From the NCBI RefSeq assembly GCF_009914755.1, contig NC_060931.1: DNA of 64,000 bases, one strand, 5' to 3'. Below are positions 53,521 through 64,000 of the stretch, piece after piece (positions within the stretch are counted from its first letter, which is position 1; every line of letters starts with the position of its first letter). The position numbers were made by a program, and so were the translations under genes. Under the pieces are notes generated by a model, which saw only the letters and a list, made by a program, of their open reading frames with translations, ran no database searches and was not told the DNA's origin. This DNA is from the human T2T-CHM13v2.0 reference genome, Homo sapiens.

Positions 53521-56479
53521 TTACAAAAGTGAGTCACTAAATCCTATTCTAAAGATCAGCTCATGAAGTGAGTCACTTTAAATTCTTATTAGGTGAGTGT
53601 ACTCCTCCTTTGAATATGAGTGTTATCTTTTTATGAAAGAAGAAAGTTTTGACTTGATACTTTCAGTTAATGCTGAGATTTAAAAATAAAAAACAGCAGG
53701 GCAGCATGTTTCCCTTAGCATCGAACAGCTCTCTTTGGCTGTCTATTCTCTTGTAAGGTTAGACAGTTGGAGTTCGCATTTGATCTGAGGCTTTAAGCTT
53801 CTTGTTATACTCAATTTCCAAGAGTTTCCTGTTCAGAGACTTGAAATGCAGCTTAGTAACAATAAGTCATTATTTAATCATGATTAACCACTTTTTAAAT
53901 GGACATATTTCCAAAAGGGAGAGGTAGCAGTTTCTTAGGTGTGGATTTTGTATTCCTTGACTATACAAGCATAAAGAAAACATTTGTTTATTTGGATAAT
54001 CAAGAAAATCTCAAAAAGGAGCAGCTGCAGTTTTCATTAATGCCGAAGGGAAACATCAAGAAGATACTTTTCCTAATGTACATTAAATTCCAAGTGTTAT
54101 TTATGAAAGAAGAAACTATTTTATGAAATATGATCTGTTGATGTTTAAATGTAAATTTTATTTTCCATTAGAGTCTTATTTATGTTTCAAAAATGGACAA
54201 ATATTTATATTTATGCTTAAGATAAAAATATAGAAATATTTCTGCTTACTAATTTGAAGATTTATTAGCATTTGATCATAAAAACATAGAAAAGAGACTA
54301 ATCACTTTAAGAGCCAAGAAAAATATGTATATTTTTTCCAACTTTACAGTAACTTTTAAGAAACACTCAATTTGGTCAGGCAGGATTCATTCACCATTAC
54401 CTTTAAAAGCACAAGGTAGAAACTTATCTTCATTAAGTGCCACTGAATGTCTGGCACCACATAACTAACCAGAGAATTCAGTAGCTTAGGGTCTATGGAA
54501 TGCCTCAAGTTCAAAGGAAGAGAGACATCCTGTTTGGTGTTGTATTTCACTTATGCTGTTAAAACTGCCCAGACCCCATTAAGTGTTTTCTTTTTCATTC
54601 TTGGGCATGATCTTCTTTGTCCCTCATGAATAACACAAAGCTTAATAAAACTCCATGCCAGACTAAATAATTTTAACAATGTGTTATAAGATTTTATTTT
54701 TAGGTATAAAGGTCTTTCTTTTTGTGCAAAAGCCATTTTGTTAAAGATAGTGACATCGGGTCACACGCCACTCCTGTGGACCTGGCTTGTTAGAGAACTA
54801 GCAAGAACATTGTCTCAGACCCAATTCCTTCACACTGCAAATTCCACTGTTGAAACTTTTACTACAATGGGTATCTATGGAGAAATAGTGAAGGTAAATA
54901 AACTCTAAATTTTCCACTGAGGAAAATTCATTCTCAATTCCTGAGACCATAAACATGAACACAGAAAAATAAGGTGTTTTGAACTACTTCTGCATACAAT
55001 GACATTGTAAAGGATTTAGCAATATGTATTCATTAAGTCTAGAGTATGCATATGCTCATTTTTTCTAGTTTAAAACCACAACCTATATCTTCCTTGAATT
55101 TCCTGAATATAATAAATTTTAAAAATAGAAAAAAAATTTAATTAAATTTGGGGAAAATAATGGCTGAAAAAATCTGGTCTGACTGAATTTTTCAGAAATA
55201 GCTTTACTGACATTTTTCTACATAATTATTTGTAACAGAGTGTGGTTAAGAAATGTGTACATCTGATTTAAAGATGACTTTTGAAGAAAAGGTAATAAAG
55301 CCTTTCAAATGATCGCTTATTGAATAATTCTCGAAAATCTAAACAAAGACTTGGAAGAATTTATGATTTGTCAAAACTCTAGGACTTTATAACTTTTTCC
55401 TTTGTTTTCTTAGAATATAGCTATAAGATAATAAATAAAAATAATGTGACTCCTAAAATGCAGTGTTACAATTTACTAAAAATTGTTTAAAGAATGCTAT
55501 GCGGAGGTTTCTGATCCTTCCTGTTTGCTCTGCTACCTTTTTCTGCAGAATATCTAATAATCATATTTGTAGGTCATATCAATTCAACCATGTTTTACTG
55601 GAGAAGATCTTGCTAAACTGCTTGATTTGGCAACCTAAAAGGGTGAATAATGGGCTATAATTCTCTACATAATATTTTAAGAATTGGAGTCTACTTAAAG
55701 ATTTTATTTGCTACTCATTATATGTGTAGAATGAGTATAATGAAGTTTTAAAAGTGGTTATAAAACAAATGTTATGTTTTCTCTATCTAATTGCTCTTTT
55801 AAAATATGGTTACTTAAAAAAAAAAAAAAAGATCCCTCCATTTCAGCTAAGGGTCTTTGCCACCAGGGAACCATGCATGGATCCAATGCTTTTAAATATC
55901 GTGTCCATGTGTGATCTTTCTAGACACAGTTTTTTACTGTCACTTTTAAAATGTTCCCTATAAGTCAATCTCTTCAGGAACAAATACATTTTTGTATATG
56001 CATGAATAGTAAAATATATTTCACACATTTCTTTAATCATCTCCTCTGGACCATAAAGTCATACATGGCAACTGACCTTGTAAAGCACCATTTTAGACAT
56101 TTCTTGGTGGAATTATTTCTTAATGATTGAATCATTCATTGATTTATTTGTTTTGTTTTAAAACATTTATTGAGTTTTTAACATTGGGGAAGCATTCATA
56201 GTCTATTAAGACAGACACATACACAATTATGACAATATATTTGTAAAATAATATTCTATGGGAACATAGATGAAGAAGTACATCAGATTACCTGGTTGAG
56301 TAAAGACCTCACTGACAAGGTAACTTGTATATGGCATAAAAAGATGAGTGGTACACAGCCAAATGGAACAAATAGCTAAAAATTTTTTACATAAATATTT
56401 TAAAAATTCTAAAAGCATGTTATATTTTCAGAAAAATAATGAGTGGCCTCATGTTAATAGTGTTTGAGGTATGTGAAGG

Positions 56480-57018
56480 AGAGTAATTAAGAGAACATAT
56501 TATTTCTGAAGGCGTTTCCTTTGACCACAAAATACTGTGAGTTTTATAAAGAAATATTGAGAGAGGCAGTATCTCATTTTATCTAAGTTACAAACTCAGA
56601 GAAAGGGTATGTACTCAGAGAAAGGGTGTTTACTGTATATATATCTACTTACTTATCTATCCATTGATCATCAGTCTGCTTATGTTGGAATTCACATTTA
56701 CAACATTTGAATGGAAAAAAAGGATAAGACTTTTTTTTTATAAGTGAGTCTGATTTAGTTGATTGGTGTGACAAGGAAGACTGGTATTGTCTATCTGATT
56801 GCATAGTGGACATTTTCCATAAATTGAATCAGCTAAATCCAGAGGTCCAATATTTTGAGGAAATGTTTTTAAATCACTTACACAATATGCTTAAAAGTAT
56901 ATCCTTTAAGAAATACTAACTCATAAAAATATTAGACATCCCCTTAAAAGACGAAAGAAGGTATATAGTTTTTCAAATTCTGTTACGCTTATGCTACCAA
57001 AAAGTATGAAGATTGCTG
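56480..57018 (+). mobile_element. Charlie-family (MER113-like) fossil with transposase remnant
   Basis: gactgg...gacattttccataaattgaatcagctaaat translates DW...DIFHKLNQLN, like hAT transposase LADIFxKLNELN; 5' boundary uncertain. Confidence 0.6.
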
Positions 57019-59170
57019 AGTTAGGAAGTTATTGCATAGGGAAAGTTTCCAAAGTATGGCTTAGGTTTTGGAATCTCCACTAAGCAAACTGTTATTAATG
57101 AAAAAACATGTTTTAATGTTAGGATATATTTGCTATGGTTTGGCTGATTGAAAACATAACTTTTGGATGACAGCTAGACTGTCGTCCCTATTAATAAAAA
57201 TGCTGTTTGGGTGTCTTGTCAATAGAGGACACTTTTCTTGTAGTGCTTAGATTTGAAGTGAGCTCCTATGTGGTAACTAGTAATTAGTAGGACTGAGTTT
57301 ACTCACCTGATGTACTGGTATAATTTTTTTTTCCCCTGAAAGTTACTTGCTCTCCCTATAGCCAAACATGAACTTGATGTCTTCTTTTTTATTATCTTTT
57401 CTGAGATTGATGAAGAATCTGACAACCTAGGCTAGATCATGTTAAAGATGTTGACATGATGGAAGACTGTCGATTGCCAATAGTAAGTTTCAACTATGTA
57501 ACAATTAAATAGATCGTACTTCAAAAATTTTATAGATTCAGAATCTACAGATTTTAATCATTTGGTTTAGTCCAATTAAAATTAATAGTATATTAATTAT
57601 TTCTTTGGAAGACATGGTGGTTAGCTTACCTTATAAATAATGTGAATACAGTGAGTTAATGATACAGTATTTAAAAATCTATAAGCCTTGAACTATTCAA
57701 TGTAATTTGTTATTTAACAAATTATCAGTGTAATTTGTTATATAACTAGGGTTATATAGCCCTAGTAATATGGATAAAGATGGATATCCACACTAATCAC
57801 ATCTAACTTTTAACAAGCTTCATACTATCTGTGACCTGTAATATAAAAAAATTATCTTCAGTGTGGAAATACTATCAGAAAAATTCAAATTTCTATTCTC
57901 ACAAATTGATAATGTGCATTTTCTGAAATAAAGTGTTGTTTGAAAGACTTGATAATACACACACAGAAAGATGATAGATTTCTCTGTACATGGATTTCAA
58001 ACAAGGAGTTTCTCTAATTTAAAAAAAAATGAACTGGTCACACGATATATTCAAAACAAAACAAAGACTTCTATCAGCATAACATTCCAGAGGTTTTTTT
58101 CCCTGTCCAAAAGATGTATGAATACATACAAGAATTTTGCTTTAATTGTGATACTCTTAATTTCAAGTCTACAAAAACAACTCAAATCTATACATGCACA
58201 CACAGGTGCACACACACTAATGCACCTATGCATACTATCATTATTTAGAAATCAAAGATAAATAAATTTAAAATATGTCTCATTAGGACTGGGAAAACTC
58301 TAGGGTGCTTCTTCATGCTTTCTAAGCATGAAATGTACTTGATCCTGGGATGCTGTGAAAACGATGATTTAGCCCACTGAAGAACAGATGGCCCTTAATC
58401 ACCCCATGTGGCTAAACACACAAATGCCAACCTCAGAGACGCCTTACCTTTGCCCTGTCTGTCCCCTCTAGGCTAGTCCTGCTATATTAAGGGTTATTGC
58501 CTTTCTGGCCCTCCCTGCAATCAGCTTTTGAAGTCCATGGCCAAGAAGGCAGTGTGAGAATACCATTATGAGAGAGGTGTTTGCTTAAAGTCATAGTCCG
58601 GACAAGATCCCATGGACCCCTTGATAGTCTAGCAGGGAGCCACAAACTTTAGCCAATATCTTCTAATTCCCTGAGGATTCAGAACTGCCCACCATAAAAA
58701 CATAATGGGCTGTTTATCTGAGCAGCCAGAAGATAACATCTTAAAGTTACAATCTGGGTTACAGACTGGTGACATAAAGCAATAAGAAGTACGAATACCA
58801 CCCCTACCCTGGGAAAAACAACATGTGAACAGTCTAGTGTATAGATACCACTGGATGCCCTTTTCTCATGCTAATAAGAGCCACAACTTTCCCAACATTT
58901 TTCTGTTAAATAGATTAAATATACTTGGGAAGAAATGGATGGACCCCGCCCCTTACTCCATTTGCATGCTTTATACTGTTTTTGAAGTTTGGGACTATGT
59001 TAGGAAATATTCCCACTGGCACAATCAAGTGAATTTTTGTGGCACATTTTGACTTCTTTTCAAAGATTGCTTAAGTCCTGTGACATTAATCATGATCTTC
59101 TAATAATATACTACAGAGATTCCCAAAAAGATACTTTATTCCCAAGGCTCCAATACTGCAACAGATCAGA

Positions 59171-59205
59171 CTCTCTTTCTCTCTCTGTATATATACTATA
59201 TATAC

Positions 59206-59252
<47 letters not shown>

Positions 59253-59274
59253 CATATACATATATATATATATA
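59171..59274. repeat. Compound microsatellite (CT)n-(TA)n-(CA)13-(TA)n
   Basis: Directly visible. Confidence 0.95.
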
Positions 59275-61174
59275 AAATTGTATGAATAATATATTTTGTT
59301 CCTGTGATTCTTTGACTCTCTGCTGGGACAGAATTAAAATATCTCAGAGTTAAAAAAAATCCTCTTTTTTCCAAACGCCTGTTATTTGTCTGCATTGCTG
59401 ACATTAGGGAAAAGAAAAGCTAGGTTTGATATTTCAACTGCATCAATTGAACACGTAATATAGTGGAGACTTTACAACTGTTTGTTTCTGGTAAGCCTGT
59501 TTGTTATTATTACCAGTCAACTGGGAGAATCCAATGCCTGTAGGGGATCCCACCCCCAACAAATGAATCTCTATGATTATGGAGAGTGACCAAATTAACC
59601 ACATAATTGCTAGACTTAACCTCATTGTATAGTATGGGTATTTTACCACATATAAATATGGCCATGAACCAACTATATCTCAACCCACTTGGTTCGTTTT
59701 AAACATTTCCTGAACATCCAATAGGATTGTTTTCATAACTTATCTTATTTAATCATAAAAGTTGTTTCCATATATCAGTCCAGTATTTTTAATCTTTTAA
59801 ATGTTCACATCTGCATATATACATTTCTAATCTACTGCATTTAACAAGCAGCTTTCTTTTTTATTTGTCCCAAGAGTATGTCATATTATTATTTTATGCC
59901 AGATTCAATTTAGTCACAAGTTTTGTCTGGCCTTACCTACTGTATTTTCTTCTACCCTTTCAGGAACCCTGTAAAGTGGCAGAGGAAAAGTTACACATAA
60001 AATTGCCCTAAAGTGTTTGGAAACAGCTTCAGTCACAACTGCATTGTGCTATGCAATAAAGCTACCCTCACAGGCAACTGTTGCTGGAGGCTGAAGCCTC
60101 TGGAATGAGTCTCAGGGAGAATGTACTGCATCCCAAACTGTCTTCCTTAAGGATGACAACAGTGAAATGTCTGCCCTGCTTGGGAACATGCACTAATGCT
60201 GCTTTCTCTTACAACTTGAAAACGTTTTATTGGCTTTAAGAATTTGTTTAATCAAATCCTAGTGAAGGTTCTTCTCACTCCTGGGGCTGTTTAGTAAAAT
60301 ATGGATTAGGGCAAAGCCCTCTAATGTGTCCTTAGGAGAGTCATCATGGTGAGATCTGTGGAGGGGTAGGGGAATGAACAGGCTCCAGAAGATTGCTTTT
60401 AGCCAAAAAAGAAGGAGAAAAATGAGGCTTTGGCAGGAATAACTCTCTGTGTTTGAAACCAAACTATGAAAGAAAAGTATGTGAGTAAAAAAGATTTCCC
60501 CAAAGATTCGTTTGGAATAGAATTTTCAATATAATGAAGATAAAGCAGTTTTGAGAACCCCCTCTAACAATATTTTATTTCTAATAGAATTGCCTGTGAG
60601 CAACTGAAACAATTGACAAGGGCAGGGGGAAATGATTGAATGAACTGCATCACTGAAATAAATAAAAATATGCTTACCTCAGGATATCTTGTTGGATTTC
60701 CTAAAATATAATTATTTAGCTACGTATTTGAATTAGCACATAAACAAATAAGGAACACTTTTGATTTTAATATCTGAGGAATGGAAAAGTTTGGAAAAAG
60801 AAATTTCACACTATTTATAAGTGAAATATGTCTCTAGTTTACATGTACAAATTTTCTGATTCCAGGAATCTCTGCAGTCTCGTTCCTTTGAGTGTTTTCT
60901 AATGAGTATAATCATCTATAGTAATAGTATTTATTTACATATGGCATTGTGCTAAGGGGTAAGCAAAACCAATTGTGCAGAGCTAGTCAGTCTGATATAA
61001 TAAAGCATGATACACAGTTATGTAGGGGAATATGAACAAATATATTCAGCAATTTTCTTGCATGAGCAATTTGAAAACAATTTTACATGTTCAGGCCAGA
61101 GAATACATGTTTGATCAGAGTAGGAGAAAGGAGGTGCTTTGAGAAATGATGGAATTTCAGCCTGATGGTTAACT

Positions 61175-61395
61175 ATAGCAAGGGCTGTGGAACTAAATAA
61201 ACCTGCATTTGGGTCCTGACTTGGCCCTTCTAAGCAATAACATGACTTTAGGCAAGTTGTTAATTTTTTTAAATCCCAGTTTTCTCATTTGTAAAACATA
61301 GATGACAACTGCATTTTATTCATAGTTTACGTAAAATACTTGTGTGGCGCCTAAGCAATGGTGTTAGACCAAAATCAGGGAATCGGTAATAATCC
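61175..61395 (+). mobile_element. MIR SINE
   Basis: tgactttaggcaagttgttaa...cagttttctcatttgtaaaa core. Confidence 0.7.
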
Positions 61396-62570
61396 TTTCA
61401 AGTTTTAATCCATTTTCATCTTTTTTGACTTCTTTATTACATATCCTTCCTCTTGTCAATCTTTCAAATAGACATCCAGTGGAATTTCCTCTCTTCCACA
61501 TTCTGAGGCCATCCCTAGAGTTTCTGTTTTTAGCTTCCTTAACTCTTTTTTACCATCGTTTCACTGGCAGCCAGCATGTGACCCTGAAAAGGTGAATTTT
61601 CATACCCTTGCAGAAAATGTTGACAGCTTTCTTATCTTTGTGTCAGCTATTTACGCCCATTTACTCCTCACTATCTTTCTGACAAACATTCTCATTTATT
61701 TTACCTACATCCTAAAGTAAGCCCTGATAAAATGAAGCTTCAATTCCACTCCTAAGATCTCTTCTCTCTTTCATTGTTAGTCACCGTTAGTCGAGAATGT
61801 ACCATTTGGCTCACTCTGGCTTAGGATCTTTGTAGTCAAGCATGCTGTTCTCTCTCTCTATTTTATCAATCTGGAGTCACTTTAATGTTCCAAATGGAAT
61901 TGGAGCCAGATACCTCATATTCTGTTCACCTCCACATGACCCTTACACAACTGGCAACAAATCTAGGATGAGAATAATGCTGGCTACGATTGGGAACAGA
62001 GATTCTGATGGAAGTCTGTAGTTTCGATAGTCATAATTACAATACACACAATTCCTGTCCTTCCCCAAACACCCAACAATTGGAACAAGTACGAGCTTTA
62101 GCATTCCTTGGATTAAAAATATGTATTTTCCCGATTTCTTTTAAGTAGATAAAGTTTACTTTCTACTTTAGTGGCAAGTATGAATTTACTGAAATAGTAA
62201 GGTTTTCTGCTTTACATATTCATACAATAAAAGTAGAAGATAATTATGAGAGATACATTCTTCTTCCCAGTCCAACCATGTTATAAAAGGAGGATTTAAA
62301 AAAATGCTGCTACCAGGTGAAAGAATTCACAGATTATCTATGATGATCAGGGTGCTGCGTTGCCACTGTAATGATAAAGTGTGTGTGACATAAGATGTGC
62401 TCTCAAATCTCATAAAAGTTAAAATCTATATGGAAATATGTCACAGGGATGAATTTGTTATAAAACATTTAGATCCATAAAATATTGCATTGGCTTATTT
62501 ATCATCTGAGTTTCCTACTTGCTAGATCCTCAGCATAAGTTAATGGGGAACCCTCTACCCTCCCCATTTC

Positions 62571-62870
62571 TTTTTTTTTTTTTTTTTTTTTTTTAGATGG
62601 AGTCTCGCTGTCTCCCAGGCTGAAGTGCAGTGACGCGATCCGCTCACTGCAAGCTCCGCCTCCCGGGTTCACGCCATTCTCCTGCCTCAGCCTTCCGAGT
62701 AGCTGGGACTACAGGCAACCGCCACCACGCCCGGCTAATTTTTTGTATTTTTAGTAGAGACGAGGTTTCACCATGTTAGCCAGGATGGTCTCGATCTCCT
62801 GACCTCGTGATCCGCCCGCCTCGGCCTCCCAAAGTGCTGGGATTACAGGCATGAGCCGCCGTGCCCGGCC
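62571..62870 (-). mobile_element. AluY
   Basis: 24-nt poly-T; gcaagctccgcctcccgggttcacgccattc and gttagccaggatggtctcgatctc diagnostics. Confidence 0.96.
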
Positions 62871-62871
62871 A

Positions 62872-63205
<334 letters not shown>

Positions 63206-63846
63206 TAACCACTCATGACACTGTCAGAATCCCTCTTGTTGCTCACTTCTTTTTTTGCTGTTGTAAGCTGTGGCCTTGCCATATATCTCTTACCAGCCTG
63301 CAGGCACTTGAAGGTTTAATAAGGCATTTTATACAGAGTAGATGTTCATTAAGACAATGTTGTCCCTCAGAAGCTAGATAAGCTAAATTCAAAGCTTCTT
63401 CACGTAGATTTTTGAAAGTCCATTTTTCTACTTAAGATTGTACAAGTGAGGTGGTGAGGATAGTGTGATACTTATAGTTTCTTGAATGTTGTAGCTCTGT
63501 GTGCCTGCTTCCTCTTAATAACTTTATGTTAAAGATTATTGCCACAGCTCAACAGTGCCATTTTTACATTGCATAATATCAATGCTAATGTAAAATTAAA
63601 CCCTTTTAAAATGTTTTCATGAAGAAACAAACCTGCAAGTTTTTGTGTATGAAAGCATTTATTGTATGCAGGGAAATGGAAGGGATTTCCATTGCAGATG
63701 AGACAGAAATGTAACATTCCAATTTCTAGAAGTATTTCAGCCATCTGTGCATTTTAAACTACAACCTCTTAACATATTACTTAGCACTCGCACTCCTTCT
63801 TCCTTCTCCCTCATCAAGTTTTATAGTTATTTCTAATGCTGAATAG

Positions 63847-64000
63847 TTTCTTTCTTTCTTTCTTTCCTTTCTTTTCCTTCTTTTCTTTCTTTTCCTTCTT
63901 TTCTTTCTTTTCTTTCTCATCTTTCTTTTCTTTCTCCTCTTTCTTTCCTTCATTCCTTCCTTCCTTACTTCTCTCCTTCCTTCCTTCTCTCTCTCTCTTT
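63847..64000. repeat. Polypyrimidine low-complexity tract (CTTT/CCTT), runs off the window
   Basis: >150 nt almost entirely C/T. Confidence 0.95.

Noticed and set aside
56594-56626. Small direct repeats (actcagagaaagggt x2; also ~39535, ~48400, ~49805)
   Set aside because: Ordinary slippage duplications with no motif or structural consequence seen.

Overview
AT-rich, CpG-depleted primate genomic DNA (Alu-containing; human or a close relative), not prokaryotic. The only coding sequence I can support is one 119-nt spliced exon at 32474-32592 (+), absent from the ORF track. It encodes (R)[39 protein letters not shown](C), which I recognise as part of the class IIa histone deacetylase catalytic domain of HDAC9 (human 7p21.1, next to TWIST1). 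The rest is two long introns containing Alu, L1, L2, MIR, HAL1, MaLR/MER21 LTRs, DNA-transposon fossils and microsatellites. The listed ORFs are chance ORFs or L1/Alu debris. I found no CRISPR array, RNA gene or foreign insert, and no convincing previously undescribed system. The most interesting signals are non-coding: candidate enhancers in the repeat-poor first ~16 kb (HDAC9 introns/exons are known to host TWIST1 enhancers), a RUNX/E-box/RUNX palindrome, a CpG-retaining THE1 LTR, a perfect 75-bp duplication in an old L1, an in-frame cryptic exon candidate and two recursive-splice-like motifs. Repeat subfamilies were assigned by eye from remembered consensus sequences; boundaries of old repeats are approximate.
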